Virus record (IMG/VR): IMGVR_UViG_3300016665_000422
Span: 1 to 25,223 of that record
Length of the DNA stretch: 25,223 bases
Strand: one strand, 5' to 3'
Source: a virus
Taxonomy: Duplodnaviria > Caudoviricetes
The notes beneath the pieces were generated by a model. It saw only the letters and a program-made list of their open reading frames with translations. It was not told the DNA's origin and did not search any database. Shown here one piece after another: positions 16,101 through 24,762 of this stretch. Position 1 is the stretch's first letter, and the number at the start of each line of letters is the position of its first letter. The translations under genes and the position numbers were made by a program.

Positions 16101-16367
16101 ATGACAGCAGTATATAAAAACAGATATGGGGACTACAGGTACTTCCATGATGATGGTAATGGGCAGATATGGATGACAGGTAATATACTCTCTATGAGAT
16201 ATGGAGGTAATGTAGAGAATAGTAGTATATCATATTGTGATGCAGATGGAGGTCCCTACATAGAAATAGGAGATGACCTGCAGTTCCTGTACAAAGATGG
16301 TAAATCAAGAGTAGTAGAGAAGATAGAAGGTGGAGAGATATTAAAGTTGTGGTATAAAATGCAATAA
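16101..16367 (+). CDS. Hypothetical phage protein (NRYGD...DxxGGPYI)
   Basis: 88 aa ORF. Confidence 0.75.
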   Translation: MTAVYKNRYGDYRYFHDDGNGQIWMTGNILSMRYGGNVENSSISYCDADGGPYIEIGDDLQFLYKDGKSRVVEKIEGGEILKLWYKMQ

Positions 16368-16368
16368 T

Positions 16369-16776
16369 ATGGAAGTTAAAATAGAAGTAGATAAGTATCT
16401 GACAGAGCAAGAAATCAAGGAAATAATAGAAGATGAAGTAAGATCTTGTATTAGGTATAGTCTAGGTGGTAAGACGATACCTTGTGATAGTGGTAGGGCT
16501 CTAATGGTTATAGTAGCTAAAACATTAGCTAAGGATGAAATAGAGAAAATGATACCAAACTTCAGGGAGTTAATAAATGAACATATAGTAACAGAAATAG
16601 GTAAAATAAAACTAGAAGATATGTTCATGCAATCTATGGGGTGGAAGAGTGAAGGTAATAAAATACTCAACCAAGTACTAACAGATAATAAACAACTGAT
16701 AGATGCTAAAGTAAAGGAAATATTCAAACCAACAGTGCAAAATACAGTAAATGAAAAAGAAAATAGATCTCAGTAA
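16369..16776 (+). CDS. Hypothetical phage protein
   Basis: 135 aa ORF. Confidence 0.75.
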   Translation: MEVKIEVDKYLTEQEIKEIIEDEVRSCIRYSLGGKTIPCDSGRALMVIVAKTLAKDEIEKMIPNFRELINEHIVTEIGKIKLEDMFMQSMGWKSEGNKILNQVLTDNKQLIDAKVKEIFKPTVQNTVNEKENRSQ

Positions 16777-16981
16777 GGTAAAATATACTCTATCTACCTA
16801 TAATGTAGACAGGGTGATAGAGTCTATCATAATGGAGATAAAACAGTCATATACCGGTATACCTAATGTACAGATAGCTAAACTAATGGGTATATCAGAA
16901 AGAACTCTCTATAGGTATATGATAGGTATGAATAAGAATGAAGCATTAATGTATGAAATAGTAGAAAATGGAAAAGAGTAA
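16751..16981 (+). CDS. Small helix-turn-helix DNA-binding protein
   Basis: NVQIAKLMGISERTLYRYM HTH signature. Confidence 0.8.
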   Translation: MKKKIDLSKVKYTLSTYNVDRVIESIIMEIKQSYTGIPNVQIAKLMGISERTLYRYMIGMNKNEALMYEIVENGKE

Positions 16982-17252
16982 AGAATATCAACTGGCTATG
17001 ATGATAGTCAACCAGATACTAGATATTGCTGAGGTATCAGTAGAAAAAAGGCAAAAAATAAATGATCAAGCTGATGAGTATGTATATAATATTATAGCTC
17101 CAATACAGAAAAAGGCAAATAAATGGGATAAACTGGATGCTCAGATACTAAAATGCTACCAAGATGAAAATGGTAAAGAATACAGTGAAGATGAAGGTGG
17201 GGATCTATGTACAATAGGAGAAATAGCAGCTATTGCCTTTGGATATCTATAA
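16968..17252 (+). CDS. Hypothetical phage protein (KANKWDKL...IGE)
   Basis: 94 aa ORF. Confidence 0.75.
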   Translation: MEKSKEYQLAMMIVNQILDIAEVSVEKRQKINDQADEYVYNIIAPIQKKANKWDKLDAQILKCYQDENGKEYSEDEGGDLCTIGEIAAIAFGYL

Positions 17253-17263
17253 AGTAATATAGC

Positions 17264-17539
17264 ATGATACTAACAGATAAAGAAATAGAACAGAGAGCAG
17301 AACTATATGCAGCTAATGTACCTGAAAACGATAATGACTCACTCTATAGTAGTGATGTAAGAGCATATAAAACTGCGTGGAAAGAATGTACAGAACATTA
17401 TAGAGAACTGATAGGAGATGCTGAAAAGTGGAAAGAACTACAAAAGCAGGTAGAAAGTATAAGTAACATTACAAAAGATGCTATGTCATTTCATCTATCA
17501 ATAGGAGAATATGTAAGTGAACTAATAAATAGAAAATAA
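17264..17539 (+). CDS. Hypothetical phage protein (DAEKWKEL...IGE)
   Basis: 91 aa ORF; C-terminal half weakly resembles the preceding ORF. Confidence 0.75.
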   Translation: MILTDKEIEQRAELYAANVPENDNDSLYSSDVRAYKTAWKECTEHYRELIGDAEKWKELQKQVESISNITKDAMSFHLSIGEYVSELINRK

Positions 17540-17540
17540 C

Positions 17541-17711
17541 ATGGAAAAACAACAAATGAGAGACTACGATGATGCTATATCAACTATAGAGTGGATGAAA
17601 GATCGTATAGAGGAACTGGAGCAACAGGTTAGTGATCTACAAGATATAATAGAAGATAAAGATGAAGAAATAGAAGAACTAACACAACAACTACTAGACT
17701 CAAGAGTATGA
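17541..17711 (+). CDS. Small acidic coiled-coil protein (56 aa, MEKQQMRDY...LLDSRV)
   Basis: Hand-translated; heptad pattern; ATGA overlap with next ORF. Confidence 0.7.
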   Translation: MEKQQMRDYDDAISTIEWMKDRIEELEQQVSDLQDIIEDKDEEIEELTQQLLDSRV

Positions 17712-17878
17712 CAGACATTGAAATAACACAACAAGAAGATAGTATACATATACAAGCTATAACAGATAAAGGTATAGCATTCCTACAGGGTAACACAGAA
17801 TCAGTACATCATATAAAAGCACTAAAGAGCATAGTAGCATTAGCAGAATCTAATAATATAACAGTACAAGTAAAATAA
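17708..17878 (+). CDS. Small hypothetical protein (56 aa, MTDIEITQQ...TVQVK)
   Basis: Hand-translated; ATGA overlap. Confidence 0.65.
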   Translation: MTDIEITQQEDSIHIQAITDKGIAFLQGNTESVHHIKALKSIVALAESNNITVQVK

Positions 17879-17885
17879 AAGAACA

Positions 17886-18707
17886 ATGACAGAACAACAA
17901 AAGACAGGTATAGTACTACCTACTGTAAAGCAGGTACCAAAATCTCAGAACCCCAGAACACTAGTGCTGAGTGGAAAACATAAAGTCGGTAAAACAACTA
18001 TACTACAAGAGCTACCTAACTGTCTGTTGATAGATGTAGAAGATGGATCAGCATATTATGAAGGTCTGGTAATGAAGTGTCCTAAGGAATATGGTCCTGT
18101 AAAGAAGTTCAAATGGCTAAAGGAAGTAGCTGCTACAATAAAAGAAGCAGGTCATCCATATGACTATGTAGCCATAGATACTATCTCACAACTAGATATG
18201 GACAGTGAGTGGTATGGTACATGGATGTATATGCACTCAGTAGCAGGTAAAAAGTTCAATAAGAAAACTGATAGTGATGGTAACCTAATCTATGGACCAG
18301 ATAAAAAACCTATTCTACTACCACCTAATGATCCTGAATATGAGAGTGTTCTGTCACTGGGAAATGGCTATGGGTATAAATGGACTAGAGAAGCTATGAT
18401 GGAAATATTTGATGTACTAAAAGATCTAGGTAAAGTATGTACTATATTCATCTCTCACGTAGCAGATAAAATGATAGCAGAAAAACAGGGAGAACAAGTA
18501 ATGGTAAAAGATCTTGCTCTCACTGGTAAAGTACGTGATATCTTCCCTCGTCTGGTAGATGGTATAGCAACTGTGTGGAATGAAGATGGTCAGGTAATGA
18601 TATCATTCGTAGCTAATGAGGAAAAAATAGGTGGTGTAAGATGTAAACATCTAAGAGGATATTCAGGACCACTGGACTGGAACTCGATTTTTCTGAAAGA
18701 AAAGTAG
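17886..18707 (+). CDS. AAA_24 / Sak4-like P-loop ATPase (single-strand annealing/recombination)
   Basis: Walker A GKHKVGKTT, LIDVEDG, Walker B VAIDT, GxGY, FISH. Confidence 0.85.
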   Translation: MTEQQKTGIVLPTVKQVPKSQNPRTLVLSGKHKVGKTTILQELPNCLLIDVEDGSAYYEGLVMKCPKEYGPVKKFKWLKEVAATIKEAGHPYDYVAIDTISQLDMDSEWYGTWMYMHSVAGKKFNKKTDSDGNLIYGPDKKPILLPPNDPEYESVLSLGNGYGYKWTREAMMEIFDVLKDLGKVCTIFISHVADKMIAEKQGEQVMVKDLALTGKVRDIFPRLVDGIATVWNEDGQVMISFVANEEKIGGVRCKHLRGYSGPLDWNSIFLKEK

Positions 18708-18715
18708 TATCTTTG
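18708..18715 (+). promoter_or_regulatory. Bacteroidota sigma-70 -7 element TATCTTTG upstream of the endonuclease
   Basis: Exact TAnnTTTG consensus, ending 5 nt before ATG 18720. Confidence 0.6.
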
Positions 18716-18719
18716 ACCT

Positions 18720-19598
18720 ATGAAACACATAGGAAAAAGATCAGGAATATATACTATTACTAATAAAGTAGATGGTAAAATATATGTAGGATATGCAACT
18801 GTAATGTATACTAGATGTATAGAACACAGATCTAGTCTAAGGAATGATATGCACGGAAATCCTCATTTACAACATTCTTGGAATCTATATGGTGAGAAGT
18901 CCTTCTTATTCGAAGAGTTAGTAGAATGTCCTGTAGAACATCTAATATCAGAAGAAAACTATTGGTGTAATCTGTTAGATGTACATAATGATAAATATGG
19001 CTATAATATAGCCACAACAGGGCAAAAAGGACAAGTGAAAGCTAATCCTAGTTCTATAATAAAAAGACAACAGACAAGGAGAAAAAATGCTGAAAAGAGA
19101 GGATATTGGGTGTCTGAAGAATATATAGAAAAGAAGAAAAGAGAGATGAAAGGAAAACCTGTTCATCCTAATATGATAATCAAGAGTATAGAAAAGAGTA
19201 GTAAGAAAACTACCCAATATACTAAGGATGGTAAGATAGTAGGTATTTATAAATCTCAATGTGAAGCAGCTCGTATAACAGGTATAAATGATAGAGGTAT
19301 AAATAATGCATGTATGGGGAAAATATCAACATCAGGAGGATATGTATGGAGATCTGGAGAAGACTCATTCGAAAAATACCCTGTAATAATAAATAAACCC
19401 ATACCAGCTAAAGGTATAAGCGCAAGTAGACCCATAATACAATATAGCAAAACAGGAGTCCTAATAAAAGAATACCTCTCTCTATCTGATGCAAATAGAC
19501 AAACTGGTATAAGTACACAAGTAATGAAAATACAAGCCGATGGTAAAATGAAAACATTAAATGGTAATGTAAAATACATATGGAAATGGAAAAAGTAA
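18720..19598 (+). mobile_element. Free-standing GIY-YIG homing endonuclease with two NUMOD1-like DNA-binding repeats
   Basis: SGIY..IYVG..R..H, EE..W, GYN; repeats QYTKDG..YKS..EAAR.TG..GYVWR and QYSKTG..YLS..DA.R.TG..YIWK. Confidence 0.9.
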
Positions 19599-19629
19599 TA
19601 AGATATTCATAAAAGAAGAAAATAACTAA
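19597..19629 (+). pseudogene. Displaced original 3' end of the Sak4-like gene (NKIFIKEENN*)
   Basis: Translation aligns with the current C-terminus NSIFLKEK*. Confidence 0.6.
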
Positions 19630-19630
19630 C

Positions 19631-19810
19631 ATGAGTAAATCAGAAATAAAACAACTAGTAAAGAAAATCTGGGAAGAAGGTATAGTAGATGCAGATGAAC
19701 TACGTCATATATATGATGCAACAGAAAGAAAGCAAAGAATAGAAGAACTATTCAAAGACTACTGGGAAGAAGAGGGAGATAAAATAACATATAAAATAGT
19801 ACAAGAATAA
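19631..19810 (+). CDS. Small hypothetical protein (59 aa, MSKSEIKQL...KIVQE)
   Basis: Hand-translated; fills the gap. Confidence 0.7.
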   Translation: MSKSEIKQLVKKIWEEGIVDADELRHIYDATERKQRIEELFKDYWEEEGDKITYKIVQE

Positions 19811-19832
19811 TAACGACTAAACACAAAGACAA

Positions 19833-20291
19833 ATGAACTCAGTATTAGCAAATATTAAAGACAGGTTAGCTGAAATGGAAGCCAAAAGAAAGGAAATGGT
19901 AGAGGAAATACGTAAAGAGTTTCCAAATCTGTTAAAGCCTCTGTTTGAAAGATCAGAATTAATAAAATCAATATCTTGGACACAATACACTCCATATTTT
20001 AATGATGGAGATGAGTGTACTTTTAGAGTAAGTCATGATATAAATATAAATGGAGAATATAAAGATGATATATCTTGGTATTCTTGGAAGTATAAATATT
20101 TTGTACAAAAAGGAGAATATAAAGAAGAATCAGATGAGTGGAATTTAGAAGAATGTGCCATTGTAGAAGAGATAGAAAAAGTATTAGAAAATATACCAGA
20201 AAATTTCTACAAAGATCTATTCGGAGACCACTGTGAAGTAACTGTCAATTCTGATGGAACTATATCTGTAGACGAATATGAGCATGATTAA
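19833..20291 (+). CDS. Conserved phage protein (WTQYTPYFNDGD...FGDH)
   Basis: 152 aa; TAATG-coupled to the next gene. Confidence 0.8.
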   Translation: MNSVLANIKDRLAEMEAKRKEMVEEIRKEFPNLLKPLFERSELIKSISWTQYTPYFNDGDECTFRVSHDININGEYKDDISWYSWKYKYFVQKGEYKEESDEWNLEECAIVEEIEKVLENIPENFYKDLFGDHCEVTVNSDGTISVDEYEHD

Positions 20292-20695
20292 TGGCAAATC
20301 CAGTAATACATTCTGAATCATCAGTTAAGAGATGGGGTGGAGTAATAGAAGATTATCTAAATATCCACAACAAAATGGACTGCTCCAAAGGAGTGATAGC
20401 AGATAACAGACATCGAGTATTGACACATACTATGTTCTGGGTAAAAGAGGTAATGGAACCTATATTCGGACTATTCATCACAAACTCAGATGGTAAAAAA
20501 GTATCTGTAAAAGATATATGTGAACAACATATTCTGGAAGATTACAAAATGAAGTTTATTCCTACTCCTCAAGACTTTATAGAAAATATGGAGTTCAAAG
20601 AATGGATGCAAAATGGAAAAGGTCAAGTACCTAATAGTTGCAAGTTATTATATAAAGAAAAAAATAGAAACAATAATCACAAAATAATAGACTAA
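20291..20695 (+). CDS. DUF6915-like His-rich protein
   Basis: NP..H..SS.K.WGG..EDY..IH..D.SK...D.RHR..H...EQH..ED...IP pattern recalled for DUF6915. Confidence 0.7.
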   Translation: MANPVIHSESSVKRWGGVIEDYLNIHNKMDCSKGVIADNRHRVLTHTMFWVKEVMEPIFGLFITNSDGKKVSVKDICEQHILEDYKMKFIPTPQDFIENMEFKEWMQNGKGQVPNSCKLLYKEKNRNNNHKIID

Positions 20696-20696
20696 A

Positions 20697-21611
20697 ATGA
20701 ACATTACAACAAGAAAAGTAGAACAGACAGAAGGTACATCATACTACCGTACAGGTATAGGTGAGTTCAAAGTGATAGCTATCAACCCTACTGCAGACAA
20801 ACTCAATAAGCTGTTAGGTAAAGAAGCTAAAGATACAGACAAGGAAATTGAGTATCTATATGAAAAAGATGGTAAGGACCATGTAAAGATAGTATTCTGG
20901 GTAGAAGATGTAATATCTAAATGGAAGACTAAGATAGAGTTTGATATCACTGATGAACCTGCTACTACCAAAAGTGGTAATCCAATATGGGTAAATTGTG
21001 TACTAGATACAGCTAAAGTATCAGAACAGGCTATACAGAAATGGTTCAAGGAGTTCTATAAGAGTAAAGATGATAAGACTGTTATAGGTGAAAAGAAATA
21101 CAGACAAGCTCTTGTAGGTGAGGCAGAACTATGTGGGTTCCTCAAAGCATGGATGAGTAGAACATCTCCTAGTGGTAATAGGGTAGACTGGTTCAGCCCA
21201 GAATGTAATATATTCATAGATACTAAGAAACTGTTCAGAGGTAAGTTTGATGAACTAACTAGTATATTCAACACCCCTGATGATGATAATATCACTGGCA
21301 CTGTAGTATGTGCATGTTATGTAGATAGCTATGATAAAGATGGTCAGGTGAAATATGCTCAGAAGGTATGGCCCTACTACTTTGTAGCAGGATGGAATAT
21401 GAAGAAGTTCAATCTGGCTGCTGACACTAACTCATGGATGGCTGATGCTGCTAGTAAGAAACTATATGAACAACTCAATGGTGAATATGGTATCAAGAAA
21501 GGGTTCATCATGGGTAAACTACAGCAGTTTGACCCTAAGAACCATGTAGAGGCTACTAATGAAGTAATACACTATGATACTACTACAACTGTAGATGATA
21601 CGGATTATTGA
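20697..21611 (+). CDS. Putative single-stranded DNA-binding protein (Bacteroidota/crAss-like type)
   Basis: TG...KV.AINPT N-terminus, R.A.VGE.EL..FL..W, acidic/aromatic tail VDDTDY; located between Sak4-like ATPase and primase. Confidence 0.6.
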   Translation: MNITTRKVEQTEGTSYYRTGIGEFKVIAINPTADKLNKLLGKEAKDTDKEIEYLYEKDGKDHVKIVFWVEDVISKWKTKIEFDITDEPATTKSGNPIWVNCVLDTAKVSEQAIQKWFKEFYKSKDDKTVIGEKKYRQALVGEAELCGFLKAWMSRTSPSGNRVDWFSPECNIFIDTKKLFRGKFDELTSIFNTPDDDNITGTVVCACYVDSYDKDGQVKYAQKVWPYYFVAGWNMKKFNLAADTNSWMADAASKKLYEQLNGEYGIKKGFIMGKLQQFDPKNHVEATNEVIHYDTTTTVDDTDY

Positions 21612-21630
21612 TCTTAATAACAACTAAAAT

Positions 21631-21675
21631 ATAGCAACAGATAGCAGGGGATATATGCCCCTGTTCTGTTGTTAT
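21631..21675 (+). terminator. Strong intergenic hairpin after putative SSB
   Basis: ATAGCAACAGA..CAGGGG-ATATATG-CCCCTG..TCTGTTGTTAT. Confidence 0.65.
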
Positions 21676-21693
21676 AGATAATGTAATATAACA

Positions 21694-22113
21694 ATGAAGA
21701 AAGAAGATATCAAAATAGGAACTAAAGTAATATACTGGTCTGTTATAAATGGTAAAGAAAAGATACATCCTGTAGACACAGTAATAGAATCAGAAATATG
21801 GGAAACAGGATCAGGAATGCCTCTATGTAAAGTAAAAGGAGTGTCAGGAGGAGTATATATCAATCATCTGGATAAAAGACCTACTACATTAGCAGGGTGG
21901 CAAAAAGTATACCCAGATGCAATACAGATAAAGGCTACTAGTACTAAGTTCTTGTCTAACAAGCAACTGAGAGAGTTCGCAGATATAGAGGGTAAAGCAG
22001 TAGTGTTACAAGATACCTCAACAGGTACATGGAGTAGTAAAAGTGGTCAAAAAGTAAATATAAGAGCTATAGTAAGTAAAATGGCATATAAAGATGAAAA
22101 TAGCACACTGTAA
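21694..22113 (+). CDS. Hypothetical protein with SH3-like N-terminus
   Basis: 139 aa ORF. Confidence 0.75.
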   Translation: MKKEDIKIGTKVIYWSVINGKEKIHPVDTVIESEIWETGSGMPLCKVKGVSGGVYINHLDKRPTTLAGWQKVYPDAIQIKATSTKFLSNKQLREFADIEGKAVVLQDTSTGTWSSKSGQKVNIRAIVSKMAYKDENSTL

Positions 22114-22300
22114 CTGCTGTGGAAAAAACTGGTATGATACTAATCCGGGAGAAAATAGTATAGAATATCTAGAAGATACAGAAATAGACGGAGAGCTGAT
22201 ATTACTAAAAGAAGATGAAGATGGTCCTACAGACTGGTACTGGGGATGTCCTGTATGTAAAACAGACGCATATCTAAAAGATAATAAAGATGAAGACTAG
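22094..22300 (+). CDS. Small zinc-ribbon protein
   Basis: CNCC...CPVC. Confidence 0.75.
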   Translation: MKIAHCNCCGKNWYDTNPGENSIEYLEDTEIDGELILLKEDEDGPTDWYWGCPVCKTDAYLKDNKDED

Positions 22301-22526
22301 AATAGTAATAGAAGTTAAGAAAGATGAAGTAGTATCTATAGGTCAAATAGGATATGTAGAAGTAGTAGATGAAGTAGAGATAATCCTAATAGAGCATAGT
22401 AGACCAGATAAAAAAGATGTAGTATGTAAACTAGTACCTGACTGGCAATCTCCTACAGCAGCAGAAATGTATATAGATGAGCCAGAGGTACAAAAACAGA
22501 TAAAGAAAATAGAAGAGGAAGAATAA
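22290..22526 (+). CDS. Hypothetical phage protein
   Basis: 78 aa ORF. Confidence 0.7.
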   Translation: MKTRIVIEVKKDEVVSIGQIGYVEVVDEVEIILIEHSRPDKKDVVCKLVPDWQSPTAAEMYIDEPEVQKQIKKIEEEE

Positions 22527-22535
22527 ACTGATAGA

Positions 22536-22766
22536 ATGGTAATAGAGCAAGAAGAATGGAAATATGTAGATATAAAAGCACTAAGTAGGTATCTTGCAGA
22601 TGCTGACTACAAAGAACAAACAAAAGGCATAGACACAGAAGTAGTACAAATGTACAATACTGATAAAGGTCTGTGTGTAGATAAGATAGTAGATGGTAAA
22701 TTTGTATCCCTGTACCAACTACTCTATGAAGGGTACTATAATCTGATAAAAGAGTTCTGTAAATGA
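22536..22766 (+). CDS. Hypothetical phage protein
   Basis: 76 aa, ATGA overlap. Confidence 0.7.
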   Translation: MVIEQEEWKYVDIKALSRYLADADYKEQTKGIDTEVVQMYNTDKGLCVDKIVDGKFVSLYQLLYEGYYNLIKEFCK

Positions 22767-23269
22767 GAGAAGGAAATAATCATAACCTGCAAATATTAGG
22801 TATAAAGGCAGAATATACAACAGAAGACATTCTGTGGGATGATCTGAAAAACTATGTAGATAAATATGACAGTGGTCTATATGTTATAGATGAAAAGGGT
22901 CATATAAAAAGTGCAGAGGACTATCTGGAAAAAGATATACAACCAGAAAAAGAAATAATAACAATATACATTCAATATAGTGATGAGTATCTGAGTGAAG
23001 AAATATCTACAATGGGTGTAGAAGATATATTCTCAGGATATGACTGGAGACCAATATTAGACAATATAGAAATAAAGAAACAAGGTAGTCGTAAAATATT
23101 AGATACTCAAAAGATAGTATGCGATGTGATACTCAATAAATCCTATGATCATTGGAGTGGAGGCTATGAATATGATAGTGAAGTAATAGTAGTAGGATAT
23201 ATGAAAAAAGATCTACAAGTAGTATATACAAACAAAAACTATCCATTAAAACAAGAAATGTATCTATGA
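22763..23269 (+). CDS. Acidic hypothetical phage protein
   Basis: 168 aa, ATGA overlaps. Confidence 0.8.
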   Translation: MREGNNHNLQILGIKAEYTTEDILWDDLKNYVDKYDSGLYVIDEKGHIKSAEDYLEKDIQPEKEIITIYIQYSDEYLSEEISTMGVEDIFSGYDWRPILDNIEIKKQGSRKILDTQKIVCDVILNKSYDHWSGGYEYDSEVIVVGYMKKDLQVVYTNKNYPLKQEMYL

Positions 23270-23493
23270 ACAACTGGGTAATAAATCAACTAACAGGAGA
23301 ATGGGAATCTATCAGAAGGATGGAAAGTAATGACTGGTCAATAATATCCAAAGTGTATGAACATCCCACTAAAGAAGGAGATAACAGTAGACTATATACT
23401 GAGCAAACTGGAGCAATGGCAAATAATGAGGTACTACAGTGGTCAGGAAGTATCTCTGGGAATAGCAGTACACTCAATATTCAGAAGAGATAG
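23266..23493 (+). CDS. Hypothetical protein overlapping the primase start
   Basis: ATGA-coupled start; last 137 nt overlap the primase in another frame. Confidence 0.45.
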   Translation: MNNWVINQLTGEWESIRRMESNDWSIISKVYEHPTKEGDNSRLYTEQTGAMANNEVLQWSGSISGNSSTLNIQKR

Positions 23494-24343
23494 GAACCCC
23501 TCTATGGGATACTATATAGGAGAAGATAATAAACTCAGATACCATGACTATGGTGACAGTAGATATAGAGGTGATTGTGTAGATATGGTAATGCAACTGT
23601 ATGGCCTAAACATGCAAGAAGCTCTTGAGAAGATAGCTGGAGACTTTGGACTACTACATAGTAACACTCAATATAAGAAAATAGTAGCTGACTACAGTAA
23701 ACCTGTACTAGATAGAAGAAGAAGTGCATTCATACAAATGCTGGTAAAACAATATAGTAAAGAAGAGATACTATGGTGGGAACAATATGGTATATCCCTA
23801 CAGCAACTAAAGGATGATAATGTATACTCAGTAAAACAAGTATATCTCAACAGGAAACTGTACCCTATACAGGGAATGACATTCGGATATTGGTACCCTG
23901 AAGGTGTGAAAATATATATGCCACAGAGAGAAAAAGAACAAAAATGGATAAGCTCTATAACTACCAGTAAAGTAGAGAATATAGAGAACCTAAAAGATCA
24001 ACAGAAAGTCCTTATAGTTAAGAGCAAAAAGGATAGGTTATGTCTGACTAATATACTACCACAACATATAGCTATAATAGGAGTACAAAATGAGTCTATA
24101 TCAGCGTTCTCTGATAGTCTGATAGAGAAACTAACAGGTAGAGAAGTATGGCTCTCATATGATAATGATCCTCCGGGAAAGAAAGCATCTCTCAGGATAA
24201 ACCAACAATATCAATGGATGAAACACATCAATGTTCCTGATATATGGTATGAACAAAAGGGGTACAAAGATTGGTCAGATATGGTAGCCGGAGGATATAA
24301 AGAAGAAGTAATAAAACACATGACGATAAAAAAACTGATATGA
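23357..24343 (+). CDS. DnaG-like (TOPRIM) DNA primase, crAss-like type
   Basis: FRRDRNPS..YHDYG..GD..D.V degenerate zinc-binding domain; IVKSKKD, YDND..G and KD.SD TOPRIM motifs. Confidence 0.88.
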   Translation: MNIPLKKEITVDYILSKLEQWQIMRYYSGQEVSLGIAVHSIFRRDRNPSMGYYIGEDNKLRYHDYGDSRYRGDCVDMVMQLYGLNMQEALEKIAGDFGLLHSNTQYKKIVADYSKPVLDRRRSAFIQMLVKQYSKEEILWWEQYGISLQQLKDDNVYSVKQVYLNRKLYPIQGMTFGYWYPEGVKIYMPQREKEQKWISSITTSKVENIENLKDQQKVLIVKSKKDRLCLTNILPQHIAIIGVQNESISAFSDSLIEKLTGREVWLSYDNDPPGKKASLRINQQYQWMKHINVPDIWYEQKGYKDWSDMVAGGYKEEVIKHMTIKKLI

Positions 24344-24762
24344 TAATAAGTAATGAACCTACAGATACTATACTGGTGGGAGCTACTGTATGCAGTGACT
24401 GGGACCATTGTAACTGTGCAGTAGTGTATATAGATGATGATATACTAGATAGATGGAGAAAGTGGGATATAAAAGCTACAGAACTAAGGAATGTAGAAGG
24501 TAGTGGGTTCTTGTTCTTAGCTATAACAGAAGATGCAATATTCCTAGACTCTGGTAATGGAGAAATTGAGGACATACTACGGAAACAGAACTGGGTATAT
24601 ATTATACTGGAAGACGGAGACCTTGAAGAACTACCAGAACAGAAATATAACTGCCATGAGATGAAGTACTATGGTAATGGAGAAGTATGTTGGGTAGCGT
24701 ATGGCAAGAACACAGGAGACGAGTTCTATACTGATACAATAAATATAACTGAGATAAAATGA
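24340..24762 (+). CDS. Hypothetical phage protein
   Basis: 140 aa, ATGA overlaps. Confidence 0.8.
   Translation: MIISNEPTDTILVGATVCSDWDHCNCAVVYIDDDILDRWRKWDIKATELRNVEGSGFLFLAITEDAIFLDSGNGEIEDILRKQNWVYIILEDGDLEELPEQKYNCHEMKYYGNGEVCWVAYGKNTGDEFYTDTINITEIK

Noticed and set aside
18681-19600. Group I intron around the GIY-YIG gene
   Set aside because: Only 12 nt separate the ATPase stop from the endonuclease ATG and the displaced tail abuts its stop, leaving no space for a ribozyme core
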